Counted from the stretch's first letter, positions 1 to 10,118 are shown. The stretch: 20,000 nt of DNA from an uncultured virus (IMG/VR IMGVR_UViG_3300020049_007132) (IMGVR_UViG_3300020049_007132), one strand, 5' to 3'. A program made the numbers and translations. Notes: generated by a model not told the origin, from the sequence alone.

Positions 1-753
1 GCGATAAATGCGGTCACGACACCTGGAGGGGCAACTATCGCTACTGATGATGTTGGTGGAATCCAACATGAATTAGTAAAGGTAGAATTTGGTAGCGATG
101 GGGTTGCAACAATGGTTGATTCGGCTAATCCATTGCCTGTTACAGATGCATCCGTACTTGCCAAGCTATCTGCTGACCCTGCAACACAAACAACATTATT
201 AGCGTTATTGGCTAAAGTTATTGCAGCACCATCAACCGAAGCTAAACAAGATGCAACCAATGTTTTACTAACAACGATTGCTGCCATTACACAACCATTA
301 ACCGATGCACAACTAAGGGCATCACCTGTACCTATTAGTGGAACGGTAACTGCAAATACAGGGCTTACACAACCGCTTACCAATACTGAATTAAGGTTAA
401 CCCCAGTACCTGTTAGTGGCACTGTAACCGTTGATACTTCGCTTATTTCAACGGCGGCTAAACAAGATCAACAAACAGCACTACTTACTACGCTTAACAG
501 TTTGATTGAAACTAATAATTATTTGGTTCAGTTTTTATCGCAGTTGACAGCAGCAATGAATAGCGGCGCACCTGCATTGAGGGTAAATCCAATAGCATCA
601 GTTTCAACAGCAGTAACAGGTTCGGTAACGGCAACGGTAACATCAGTTGGTTCAATAACTAACTTTGGAACAGGTATCCCTGCATCTGAAATGGCACATG
701 ATATGAATAATCTATTAGTTCAAATGGCGAATGTTAACAATGTAACAGTTTAA
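1..753 (+). CDS. Virion/tail-fibre-associated protein, 5'-truncated by the window edge
   Basis: The frame is open from base 1 (AINAVTTPGGATIATDDVGGIQHELVKVEFGSDGVATMVDSANPLPV), so the ATG at 112 is probably internal. Contains an internal repeat TQPLTxxxLRxxPVPxSGTVT. Thr/Ala/Val-rich. Confidence 0.65.
   Translation, partial: AINAVTTPGGATIATDDVGGIQHELVKVEFGSDGVATMVDSANPLPVTDASVLAKLSADPATQTTLLALLAKVIAAPSTEAKQDATNVLLTTIAAITQPLTDAQLRASPVPISGTVTANTGLTQPLTNTELRLTPVPVSGTVTVDTSLISTAAKQDQQTALLTTLNSLIETNNYLVQFLSQLTAAMNSGAPALRVNPIASVSTAVTGSVTATVTSVGSITNFGTGIPASEMAHDMNNLLVQMANVNNVTV
289..429 (+). repeat. Two-copy intragenic peptide repeat (TQPLTDAQLRASPVPISGTVT / TQPLTNTELRLTPVPVSGTVT)
   Basis: Directly visible in the translation; units start at about 289 and 367. 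Confidence 0.8.
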
Positions 754-757
754 GAAA

Positions 758-2206
758 ATGGCAGAAACACAAGGAAATATCCCGATTTTAAATCGTAAAG
801 AATGGCAGACAATGATGCCAGCAATAACCGCAACGGCAGCAGGATCATTTGTAGCAGCAGACCAATCAGGGCTTTCCAGATATGCCTTGTATATGCTATC
901 CGGTACGGTTCATTATTTGTACGACCATTTAAACGATGATTATTTACCGATCACATCAGGTGCTTTTGCAGGTACATTTGTAGCTGGAGTTTGCGGGTGC
1001 TACCATCCTTGGTCAGTAACATTTACGGCGACAGGTGGAACGACAACAACGGTTAACGTAGCAGCAGCAACGTCAAATATCAGTGGTTTGGTGGTGGGTG
1101 CTGAAATAGAATTTTTGTCAGGAACGGCAGCAAACTTAGGACAGCGTAGAACGATAACAGCGATTGAAATAGCGGGTGGAACAGGAACGACAATTATTAC
1201 TTTCAATGCCGCACCTGGAGCGGTAGTAAATACAGATACATTTCGGATTTCATCTGGCAGCTTCTTTGTACTTGCCACAGGAACATTGGCGACAGGTTCA
1301 TTTAAGCGTTGGGATATTGCAACGGCTGTTTGGAGTAACTTATCAATAACTACTCTACCTGCAACGTGGGGAACGGATGGTAGAATGGTTACACCGGCGA
1401 TATTAGATGACTTCTATGATTCAGGAACGGCATCAGCAGGGGCGGCGACAACATTAACAGACGGTACAAAGGCATGGACATCCGACCAGTGGATTAATTC
1501 ACAGGTAAGAATAACCGGAGGAACAGGGATTGGGCAAATAAGAAGAATATCAGATAATGATGGCACTGTATTAACCGTTGCTTCGGCATGGACAACAAAC
1601 CCTGATGCAACAAGTACTTATAAGATTGAAGGAGATGAAAATGCAATATTTGTTTTGGGGAACAATGCCGTAACTATGTATAAGTATTCAATATCAGGTA
1701 ATACTTGGGCAGTTGTTGCACCCACAACAGCAAGGGTAGGCGCACCAATAGCGGGTATGAGTGCAAACTTCGTAGGTAAGACAGGTGATACCGTTTGGGC
1801 TGATATTACAGACATAAAAGACGGTAGATACATTTATTCATTGAGGGGTGGAACGGCTGTACTTGACCGTTACGATATTGCAGGTGGAACGGCAGGTGCA
1901 GGGGCATGGTTAGCAATAACATATTCACCTGCATTACAAACATTTGCCACAGGTGATAGTTCATGTTGGGATTATGAAAATATCATCATAGCGAAAGAAG
2001 GAACGGCAGCGATACCTCAAAGATTTTACAAATACAATGTTGTAGATAATACATTTATTCCATTTTCAAGTGATTGGTATTTTGGTGGGGCAGCTTTGTT
2101 GGGAAATAAAATTTGGGTGAAAAAGTTATCAGCAACAGGACTTGTAAGGTGGGTATATTGTTTGCAATCAACATCAACAAATTTACGCAGAATAATGATA
2201 TATTAA
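758..2206 (+). CDS. Putative virion receptor-binding protein: Kelch-like beta-propeller with two inserted beta-rich modules
   Basis: About six blade-like motifs (e.g. HYLYDHLNDDY, FKRWDIATAVW, MYKYSISGNTW, LDRYDIAGGT, FYKYNVVDNTF). Two inserts share the pattern G-T-x(n)-GQ-x-R-x-I (…ITGGTGIGQIRRISDNDGTVLTVASAW…). Confidence 0.6.
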   Translation: MAETQGNIPILNRKEWQTMMPAITATAAGSFVAADQSGLSRYALYMLSGTVHYLYDHLNDDYLPITSGAFAGTFVAGVCGCYHPWSVTFTATGGTTTTVNVAAATSNISGLVVGAEIEFLSGTAANLGQRRTITAIEIAGGTGTTIITFNAAPGAVVNTDTFRISSGSFFVLATGTLATGSFKRWDIATAVWSNLSITTLPATWGTDGRMVTPAILDDFYDSGTASAGAATTLTDGTKAWTSDQWINSQVRITGGTGIGQIRRISDNDGTVLTVASAWTTNPDATSTYKIEGDENAIFVLGNNAVTMYKYSISGNTWAVVAPTTARVGAPIAGMSANFVGKTGDTVWADITDIKDGRYIYSLRGGTAVLDRYDIAGGTAGAGAWLAITYSPALQTFATGDSSCWDYENIIIAKEGTAAIPQRFYKYNVVDNTFIPFSSDWYFGGAALLGNKIWVKKLSATGLVRWVYCLQSTSTNLRRIMIY

Positions 2207-2210
2207 ATGT

Positions 2211-2435
2211 ATGTTACTTACTATTTTAGCGCAAAATGTGATGATTGGTTCGGTGTCACCACCAATACCGTCTGACCCATTTATACAAATAGGAGATGAT
2301 GATGGAGGAGGATATACCGAAAGGCATTATGATAAAGAAAAAAAGCAGAGAGAAGAAAGAGAAAGAAAAATAAGAATAGATGATAGTGAAATAATAGCGA
2401 TAGTTGAATTAACTTTAAGGCAATTTACAATTTAG
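2211..2435 (+). CDS. Small hypothetical phage protein (74 aa)
   Basis: Tightly packed between neighbours; GGGY linker, charged helix and a DDSEIIAIV C-terminal motif. Confidence 0.65.
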   Translation: MLLTILAQNVMIGSVSPPIPSDPFIQIGDDDGGGYTERHYDKEKKQREERERKIRIDDSEIIAIVELTLRQFTI

Positions 2436-2437
2436 AC

Positions 2438-5400
2438 ATGCCTAATCCTTGCATAGAATTACACGCACCACATTTAAAAGGCAGGTTTGATGAACTTGTA
2501 AAAAGCGGTATGTCCGAAAGGGAAGCTGGCAGAAAGGCGGCTATGGAAGATTTTGCCAAACTGGATAAAGAGTTAATTGCCTTTAAAGAAAGTATCGGAA
2601 TAAAGTTATCCAAAGAACAAAAAGCAGGTTACAAAGAACCTGATAATTCAGCGAAAGTAAAAGAGATCACAGATGCTTATGCGGATAAAATAAAAGCAGC
2701 ATCCCAACCCCCCGAAGTAAATGTTAAAGAATCACCCTCAAAGAAAGAGGAATCTATACAGAAAGAAGAAGTAGTAACTCCATTAAAGGATCAGATAGCG
2801 GCTATTGAATTAGAAAGGGACGAAGCAATTAAAAAAGCTACTAAGCAATCAACAAGTGATGATGACTTGGTGAATCGTTCAAAAGATATTCATGCTGAAT
2901 TTGATGCTAAGGTACAATCCCTCAAAGATCAACCAAACCAACCAACCAATGAAAAAGAAAAAAGGAAAGAAGAAGGGCTGTTAAGTCCTAAAGAAAAAAA
3001 AGAAGAAGTAATAAGTTCACCTAAAACAACAACCGATGGCAAAGAAAAGAGTACGGACAGCACTTCCGAAAAAGCCGAAAAAGTAGATAAAGGGGGCGAC
3101 ACAAAAGCCCCCACTACTGAAAAGAAATTTACAGAAAAATCAAAGAAGATAGCTGAAAAGATAAGATCATTCAAGTCAAAGCCTTTAGAGTTAAAAGATG
3201 AAAAAGGAAATCCAATCATCATAGCAAAAAAAGGAATAGACCAAAATGATATTATAGAAGGCATAGCTAAATTAGTAGAGGCAGGAGGACAATTAGCAGA
3301 TGCAATAGCAACAGAACTTTCAAAACATAAATGGTACAATGACCTTACAGATAAAGGAAAAGAAGGGGTAAGAAAACAGTTTGAAGATCATCTGTCAAAG
3401 GACGTTACAGGAATTACCCATGAAAAAACAGAGGAAACAAGAACTGAATTTGGATTGGGTGACTTCTATGAGAAAACAACTAAAGAGGACGAAGCATTAT
3501 TTGCCGAAGCTGATAAGCAGATTAAGGAAGGGTATAACATTGAATCACTCATATCTAAATTAGAGCAAGGTCACATACCATCTGATTTAGAAACTACCAT
3601 ACTTAAAAAGTATAAAGCAACAGTTGAAGCAAAGATTGCCAAAGACCCAAGTGATGAAAACTTAGCTGATTTAAGAAGGTTGGTTAAGGCTACCGATGTC
3701 GCAGGTACATTGGCAGGTAGAGGACTTCGTTCACGTCAAGGATTAGAAATAAGAGATGATTCGCTTGCTGGTTATTTCACAAGGGAAACTGATGTGAACC
3801 AAGATGCTCCACTTACCGAAACACAAAAGGAAAGAGTAATAAAAGAGCATACAGAAATCACAGAAGCACAGAAAGCCTTTAATGAAAAGATTGCTGAACT
3901 TGAAGCAGAAAATGCCAAACTAAAAGCAGATGCCGAACTAAAAAAGTTAAAAGCCAATACCAAAAAGACAAAGAAAACACATGATGACTTTGTTGCTGAA
4001 AGGAAATCTTTGATTGACCAATTTAAGGAAGAAGGAAAATTCGATAAGAACAAACCACAGGCACAAGGAATATCGCTTACCAATAAGCAAGTGGTAATCA
4101 TTGGTAAGTTAGCAAAGAGTTATGTAGATGAAGGTATTTCTAAGTTAGGTGATGTTGTAACTAAGATAGCATCTGAATTAGGTCTTTCAGAAAGAGATGT
4201 GCAAGATGTTTTGGCGGGTGAATACAACGAAAAAAAGAAAACCAAAACAGAATTAGCGCAGACACTTTTAGATATAAAGGAACAAGCAAAACTAATCAAT
4301 AAGTTAGATGCGTTGCTTCGTGGAGAAACACCGAAAGTTGAGAAAGCCAAAATACAAAGAAATCAGGAAATAGAAGGATTACGTAAGCGGATAAAAGACT
4401 TGCAGAAGGAACGTGCTGATGCAGAAAGAAAAATAAAAAATGATGAATCAAAAACACAAAGAGAGGCAAACAAAAAAACACCAGAGCAACAAGCACTTGA
4501 CAACCTTAAAAAAAGATATGAGAGAGAGATAAATACTATCACAGAAGATTTGCGTACCGGAAACTTTGATAAGTCGTTACCAAAACCACCTTTGAAACTT
4601 GACAAGGAAGCAATAGACCTAAAAGATAGGCTGATAAAATTAAAAAGAGAAAGAGAGATAAGGTTAATAAAACAGGAATATGCTAACAGGACGGCACAGC
4701 AAAGAGCAGTTGATAAGGTGGTTGAAGTTTTGAATGTGCCACGTACACTTATGTCCTCAATGGATTTTTCAGCACCACTTAGGCAAGCCGTAGTAGTTAC
4801 TGTTTCGCATCCTCAAATTGCGGCAGGAGCAGGATTAGAAATGTTTAAACAATCTGTATCACAGAAAAGATTTGACAGGTGGTTTAGCGATGTAAGGCAG
4901 ATGCCACGTTGGAAGCTGATGGAGGATTCAGGGCTTTATGTTGCAGACCCTCATGACCCACGATTGACTGCTAAAGAGGAAGCGTTCATGAATAATTTAG
5001 TGGAGAAAATACCATTTATAGGAGGTGCTGTTAAAATCCCAAATAGTGTTCCTGTTATTGGTGGTAAAAAAATAGGAGGATTAGTAAAAGGTACTGAACG
5101 TGCTTATGTAGGCTATCTCAATAAAATGAGAGTTGACTTATTTAACAGGTTTGCAGATGCCTTTGAAGCAAAAGGACATACGTTTGAAAACAGTCCTGAA
5201 TTATTTAAAGGTCTTGCAAGCTATGTAAACAATTCAACAGGCAGAGGAAAATTAGGTGTTCTTGAAAGTTCAGCACCGATGCTCAATACTGCATTTTTTG
5301 CACCACGTCTTATTGCCTCAAGAATAAATATGCTTAACCCACTTTACTATAAGCAACTACCCAAACCTGTAAGAGTACAAGCGTTAAAGGATATGGCAGT

Positions 5401-6253
5401 ATTTATTGGTGTTGGTATTACTGTTCTTACGATTGCAAAATTATTAGGTGCTGACGTGGAAGATGACCCACGAAGTTCAGATTTTGGAAAGATAAAAGAT
5501 GGCAATACAAGGTGGGATATTTGGGGTGGCTTTCAGGCATATGTAAGAATAATAGCACAAGTATTAACAGGACAAAGCAAGTCAGCAAGGACAGGAAGCA
5601 TTCAGGAGTTAAGTGGTGAAGGTGCATTTGGACGTGACAGGGGTGATGTTGTTGGTAGCTTTTTAAGAGGTAAACTTGCGCCTATTCCTGCGATGACATG
5701 GAACTTGATAAAAGGAGAAACCATGACAGGTGAAAAGGCAACACCATTTTCAGAACTTCGTGAACACATGATGCCTATGATTGCAGGTGATTTGAAAGAT
5801 GCAATGAAAGACAGAGGCGTAAGATCACTGTATGAAGTTGGACTACCTTCCATGTTTGGAATAGGTGCATCAACGTATCTTCCAAGAGGGTATGATAAAG
5901 TAAACAAAAAAGACCCTGTATATGAATTTCTGTATAAGAAAAACATGAATCTTAGCGAACCACAGCAAGGAGAGTTGACTGATGATGAATACAAAAAGAT
6001 GATGGAATTAAGAGAACCGATTTTTAGAGATAAGTGGGAAGTTATTATTGAAAACGGAGCGTTGATAGATAAAGAGGGTAAAGTTACTATTGATAAAGAC
6101 GAGGACGTTTCAAAGAAAAAGGTTGATGAATTGAACATGGAAGAATTATCATCACTCATGAAATCAGTAGGTAATAGCGCAACAAGGGAAGCAAAGAAAA
6201 AGGTTATATTAAAAGAGGATGAGCAAAAAAAGAGTAGGAGGATAAAACTGTAA
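2438..6253 (+). CDS. Large helical/coiled-coil protein, probable internal virion (ejection-type) protein, 1271 aa
   Basis: Lys/Glu-rich low-complexity N-terminus and long coiled coils. The C-terminal region has one hydrophobic segment (MAVFIGVGITVLTIAKLLG) followed by DPRSSDFGKIKDGNTRWDIWGGFQ, a pattern I recognise from large phage internal proteins. The function is inferred. Confidence 0.6.
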   Translation: MPNPCIELHAPHLKGRFDELVKSGMSEREAGRKAAMEDFAKLDKELIAFKESIGIKLSKEQKAGYKEPDNSAKVKEITDAYADKIKAASQPPEVNVKESPSKKEESIQKEEVVTPLKDQIAAIELERDEAIKKATKQSTSDDDLVNRSKDIHAEFDAKVQSLKDQPNQPTNEKEKRKEEGLLSPKEKKEEVISSPKTTTDGKEKSTDSTSEKAEKVDKGGDTKAPTTEKKFTEKSKKIAEKIRSFKSKPLELKDEKGNPIIIAKKGIDQNDIIEGIAKLVEAGGQLADAIATELSKHKWYNDLTDKGKEGVRKQFEDHLSKDVTGITHEKTEETRTEFGLGDFYEKTTKEDEALFAEADKQIKEGYNIESLISKLEQGHIPSDLETTILKKYKATVEAKIAKDPSDENLADLRRLVKATDVAGTLAGRGLRSRQGLEIRDDSLAGYFTRETDVNQDAPLTETQKERVIKEHTEITEAQKAFNEKIAELEAENAKLKADAELKKLKANTKKTKKTHDDFVAERKSLIDQFKEEGKFDKNKPQAQGISLTNKQVVIIGKLAKSYVDEGISKLGDVVTKIASELGLSERDVQDVLAGEYNEKKKTKTELAQTLLDIKEQAKLINKLDALLRGETPKVEKAKIQRNQEIEGLRKRIKDLQKERADAERKIKNDESKTQREANKKTPEQQALDNLKKRYEREINTITEDLRTGNFDKSLPKPPLKLDKEAIDLKDRLIKLKREREIRLIKQEYANRTAQQRAVDKVVEVLNVPRTLMSSMDFSAPLRQAVVVTVSHPQIAAGAGLEMFKQSVSQKRFDRWFSDVRQMPRWKLMEDSGLYVADPHDPRLTAKEEAFMNNLVEKIPFIGGAVKIPNSVPVIGGKKIGGLVKGTERAYVGYLNKMRVDLFNRFADAFEAKGHTFENSPELFKGLASYVNNSTGRGKLGVLESSAPMLNTAFFAPRLIASRINMLNPLYYKQLPKPVRVQALKDMAVFIGVGITVLTIAKLLGADVEDDPRSSDFGKIKDGNTRWDIWGGFQAYVRIIAQVLTGQSKSARTGSIQELSGEGAFGRDRGDVVGSFLRGKLAPIPAMTWNLIKGETMTGEKATPFSELREHMMPMIAGDLKDAMKDRGVRSLYEVGLPSMFGIGASTYLPRGYDKVNKKDPVYEFLYKKNMNLSEPQQGELTDDEYKKMMELREPIFRDKWEVIIENGALIDKEGKVTIDKDEDVSKKKVDELNMEELSSLMKSVGNSATREAKKKVILKEDEQKKSRRIKL

Positions 6254-8214
6254 TGTCTATCCAACACAACGATCAGATTAATGGTTATACAGGAAGCCCA
6301 AACGTAGCACCTAACAAGTATGTTACGCTTACAGGGACTATATCATCTGTAGGTCAGATAGTGACAGGTGTAGGCACTTCTTTTACTACTGAAATATATG
6401 GTGGTGGGATAGGTGATGTAAGCTATGTAAATAATGGTGGTTGGATATTCAATGGAACAGATGAGGTAGTACAAATAAAGGATATTGTTTCAGATACCGT
6501 ATTGGTGTTAAAGCAATCTTTCACGTCTGATTTATCAGCAGGGACGGCACTACTGTATGTGCCTCATTCACGTACTATGCAGATGACATTAAGATCAAGT
6601 GATGGTACAGGAACGGTAAATGGTGTAGCTATTGGCGCAGGTGGATATGTAGGGTTTGGATTTACAAAGTCAAGAAACGCAAGAATTGTTGAACCTGTTA
6701 TCATTGATGGTAATAGCGATAGCCTTAATGCAACACAAATGTTAGGTGTGCCTAATGAAGCACAGGTGGATAGCGATGTTGAAGTTGATACCACAGATGA
6801 ATTAGGTTTAATAACATATAGTCTTTATGGAGATACAACATTTGATATTTCAGTAGAAAATTCCATTGCAGGAAATACCGATTTACAAAACAACGTGCGC
6901 CTGTTAAACCTTAATTATCTTGCATGGGCGACAGGTGCAGTAGAGAATTGGGCTTACTATCTTGAAAGTGGTGGTGATGGATGGAACAGTCAGGAACAAG
7001 ATGCTATTGACAGAAACCTTGACTACGAAACTGTACAAGGTGGAGAGTTATATCATGGTGGTGTACCGTATGGACGTGATTTCTACACAGAGGCAGTAGA
7101 ACTAATGAATGGAGCAGATGTTACTAACGTAGTGTTAGGTGTAAATATCGCTTCGCCGCTTTGCCCTTATTCCAATGATGGTGCAACACCTGATATTGAT
7201 TGGGATTTAATAGACATAGGTTCTGTTTGTGATGATATTGCTATATCTGTTGAACGTGCCCTAAATGCAGGACTTAACCCGATAGTATTTGAATGTGGGA
7301 TGGAGTTGACACTTAACGCATGGGAAGATTTGGTGGATAAGACAGGACATATCATGAATCCAGGCGACCCTGAAAATGGTGGTGCGGTAATAGCGCAATT
7401 ACTTACATGGACTAATACCACTTCATCAGTTTCTATCATTGATACGATACGCACATTGTGTCCTAATGCACTCATTTCTATTGATTCAAAACAATGGGAT
7501 AACGGAACAGGCAACTATCCAACATGGAATGATGAAGTAAGTTCTATCGCAGGTGATGATATTGTTCTTAGGCAGTACTACCAATTAGAAACCGTTGACC
7601 TTGTTTCGTATGCCACAGGAAGGGCGAGGATAGCTGAATATCCCGATTTCTTTACTTTCATTGAGGACACCGATTTCAACGGCAAAAAAACATTTATCAG
7701 TCAGGTAGCATCAAAGAGTGCAGGTGCAATAAAAAACACCTTTGCCAATGGATTACTTATTTGTGAGTTGTATCAGGTACTTGCAAGGGAAAGCGCATTA
7801 AGAGGGGATATTTTGACAGGCATCACCCACATGAACTTAATTACCATGCTTAATGAAAATGATGACTTCACCATTAAGCCGATATTTAACTTTATGATTG
7901 TACTTGGTGGGTTGTTCACGTCCAACATGACCTTAGTGCCTGTTACGTTCAGCGATGCAGACATAGCAACAAATTGTGTGGTAGTGGCATTTAACACAGC
8001 AACCAATACACGAATTTCAATACTCAACCCAACAGCAAACACCTATACACAGGAAGGCATAAGCGTAAATGGATATGCAAAAACATTCCAGACAACACAG
8101 ATTTATTCACCTACTTTAGTGATAACAGACACCAATCAGACAGTAGTAGTAGATAGCTTAAATACCATTACCATACGCCCATACTCATTTAGTGTAATTG
8201 TGACTACAAATTAA
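6253..8214 (+). CDS. Tail spike-like protein: N-terminal adapter domain plus degenerate clan GH-A glycoside hydrolase-like domain (GH79/GH51-like) and C-terminal beta-sandwich
   Basis: The first ~165 aa are paralogous to 8283-8789. VFECGME resembles (Y/W)ELGNE, GKKTFISQ resembles GKxxWITE, and NTFANGL follows. The C-terminal IRPYSFSVI resembles the LPPYS ending of GH51/79 sandwiches. Confidence 0.55.
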   Translation: MSIQHNDQINGYTGSPNVAPNKYVTLTGTISSVGQIVTGVGTSFTTEIYGGGIGDVSYVNNGGWIFNGTDEVVQIKDIVSDTVLVLKQSFTSDLSAGTALLYVPHSRTMQMTLRSSDGTGTVNGVAIGAGGYVGFGFTKSRNARIVEPVIIDGNSDSLNATQMLGVPNEAQVDSDVEVDTTDELGLITYSLYGDTTFDISVENSIAGNTDLQNNVRLLNLNYLAWATGAVENWAYYLESGGDGWNSQEQDAIDRNLDYETVQGGELYHGGVPYGRDFYTEAVELMNGADVTNVVLGVNIASPLCPYSNDGATPDIDWDLIDIGSVCDDIAISVERALNAGLNPIVFECGMELTLNAWEDLVDKTGHIMNPGDPENGGAVIAQLLTWTNTTSSVSIIDTIRTLCPNALISIDSKQWDNGTGNYPTWNDEVSSIAGDDIVLRQYYQLETVDLVSYATGRARIAEYPDFFTFIEDTDFNGKKTFISQVASKSAGAIKNTFANGLLICELYQVLARESALRGDILTGITHMNLITMLNENDDFTIKPIFNFMIVLGGLFTSNMTLVPVTFSDADIATNCVVVAFNTATNTRISILNPTANTYTQEGISVNGYAKTFQTTQIYSPTLVITDTNQTVVVDSLNTITIRPYSFSVIVTTN

Positions 8215-8225
8215 TTTTTTTTTAT

Positions 8226-8233
8226 TACTTTTG
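8226..8233 (+). promoter_or_regulatory. Possible Bacteroidota -7 promoter element (TACTTTTG)
   Basis: Exact TAnnTTTG match in the intergenic gap upstream of 8283. Confidence 0.35.
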
Positions 8234-8282
8234 ACAAGTTGTTTATTTACATTTCCCAAAAACATGAATAAGAAAATAGTTC

Positions 8283-8789
8283 ATGGCTATTCAGCACAAC
8301 GATCAGATAGACACCTATACAGGTGACATCAACACAGCACCCGATAAATACACCGTTTTAACAGGAACGCTTACCTCTGTAGGCAGGATAGTTACAGGTG
8401 TGGGTACACTTTTTATGAGTGAAATAGCAAGTGGATTATCTCAAATAGGCAGTCCTTCTACCACCAAGCCTAACGGATGGATTTTTAACGGTTCAAATGA
8501 AGTTGCACAGATAAAGGACGTAGTGAACAATACCACCCTTGTTCTTGATGAAGCATTCACCGCCGATATTTCAATCAGTCAAACCGTAAAATTTGTAAAG
8601 CCATCAAGGGTTAATCAAATGTCACTTGTAGCCGTTGCAGCAGGGGCTATTGTAAATGGGGTAACATTAAGTGCAAATGAGGCGACAGGATGGGGATATA
8701 CAGCAAGCCAAAACGTAAAGACCTGTGACCCTATTGTTATTGATTCTCAATCGGCAGCAGTTCATGTAACTAAAATGTACGCAAATTAA
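8283..8789 (+). CDS. Virion adapter-domain protein, paralogue of the N-terminus of 6253-8214
   Basis: MAIQHNDQIDTYTG vs MSIQHNDQINGYTG; VTGVGT in both; GWIFNGSNEVAQIKDVV vs GWIFNGTDEVVQIKDIV; DPIVID vs EPVIID. Confidence 0.75.
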   Translation: MAIQHNDQIDTYTGDINTAPDKYTVLTGTLTSVGRIVTGVGTLFMSEIASGLSQIGSPSTTKPNGWIFNGSNEVAQIKDVVNNTTLVLDEAFTADISISQTVKFVKPSRVNQMSLVAVAAGAIVNGVTLSANEATGWGYTASQNVKTCDPIVIDSQSAAVHVTKMYAN

Positions 8790-9644
8790 TTGATACTAAA
8801 CTCATTCATATCAGGTGGTGGCGGTGGTGGTGCGGGAACTGTTACAAGCGTTTCGGTAGTCACCGCAAATGGTGTTTCAGGCAGCGTAGCCACAGCCACT
8901 ACAACACCTGCCATAACGCTTACATTAGGGGCTATTACGCCTACAAGTGTCAATGGCATCACTTTATCAGGGACAGGCGGCACTACCATGACCTTTCCAT
9001 CCACAACAGCAAGTGTAGCACGTATTGATGCAGCACAGACCTTTGCAGGAACGCAAACATTTTCAGGGTCAGTAAACCTTACACAGAACAATACACAGGT
9101 GTTATCGGTAGGTTCTGCGTCATTTGTGTTTAGGTTGACAAGCGGTTCAGGTAATACGCAAGCGCAGACCATTATTGATGTGGATAATTCCTTAACATCA
9201 GTAGGGGCGCAAGCATTTGGTTTTACAACAGGGCAAGGTCTTATATTTACGGTTTCAAATAGTGAAAGAAGAATATTAAGATGTGCATTAAAGGTTGTAA
9301 ACACTGTAAATACAGTAGGGGCAGAGGTAGGTGATTTAGGCATTTATACACAAACGGCAGGGGCAACAGCAGCATTAAGGGTAACGGTAGGAGCATCAGC
9401 GATGACGCTCATAGATGCCTATGATATTGCTTTAAACACTACCACAGGAACGAAGATAGGCACGGCAACAACACAGAAGTTGGGGTTTTGGAATGCTACG
9501 CCAATCGTTCAGCCCGCAACAGGTGGCGCAGCGTCAACCTTTGCAGCAAACACTTCATTAATTGCAAATGATACTGCTACCTTTGATGGATACACGATTG
9601 GGCAGGTAGTAAAGGCATTAAGGAATGCAGGCATTTTAGCCTAA
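8790..9644 (+). CDS. Tail fibre-like protein (TTG start)
   Basis: Poly-Gly linker, then GTVTSVSVVTANGVSGSVATATTTPAITL and a C-terminal TTTGTKIGTATTQKLGFWNATPIVQP. Both are motifs I recognise from phage fibre proteins. Confidence 0.7.
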   Translation: MILNSFISGGGGGGAGTVTSVSVVTANGVSGSVATATTTPAITLTLGAITPTSVNGITLSGTGGTTMTFPSTTASVARIDAAQTFAGTQTFSGSVNLTQNNTQVLSVGSASFVFRLTSGSGNTQAQTIIDVDNSLTSVGAQAFGFTTGQGLIFTVSNSERRILRCALKVVNTVNTVGAEVGDLGIYTQTAGATAALRVTVGASAMTLIDAYDIALNTTTGTKIGTATTQKLGFWNATPIVQPATGGAASTFAANTSLIANDTATFDGYTIGQVVKALRNAGILA

Positions 9645-9659
9645 AAAAAATAAAAACAA

Positions 9660-10118
9660 ATGGTACTCCAAGCAAACATAGGAAATACAGGTGGAGGAGG
9701 TGGTTCATACATCACCACAAACGGAGCGACTACAGGGGCGACAAGTCAGGCGCAGGTGTTTACGAGTGGGATTAAGGCGTCTTCTATTGATGATAATGGG
9801 GATGGTAGTATTGATTTTGTAGTAGTTTCTCCGATAGTTAGTATTAATGGGGGAGGTATGCAAATTGCAGTAGCAGGAAGTGCAGCATCACCAGCAATAA
9901 CAATGGGTTTATCAACGCCAGGATTTTACGAAACGGCAGGATCAAATTTAGGAGCATCAGTAGGAGGTGTTTTAGTAGGTGGCTTTAAAACTACAGGTCT
10001 TTTTTCTACGTTATCTGCCTATGCTGATAATGCATCAGCATTAGCAGGTGGGTTAGTAGCAGGTGATTTTTACCGTATCAGTTCAGGAGGCACATCAACA
10101 GTTGCAGTAGTACAATAA
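9660..10118 (+). CDS. Short tail fibre-like/virion protein
   Basis: Gly/Ser/Thr-rich, with an N-terminal poly-Gly linker and a C-terminal YADNASALAGGLVAGDFYR module. Confidence 0.65.
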   Translation: MVLQANIGNTGGGGGSYITTNGATTGATSQAQVFTSGIKASSIDDNGDGSIDFVVVSPIVSINGGGMQIAVAGSAASPAITMGLSTPGFYETAGSNLGASVGGVLVGGFKTTGLFSTLSAYADNASALAGGLVAGDFYRISSGGTSTVAVVQ

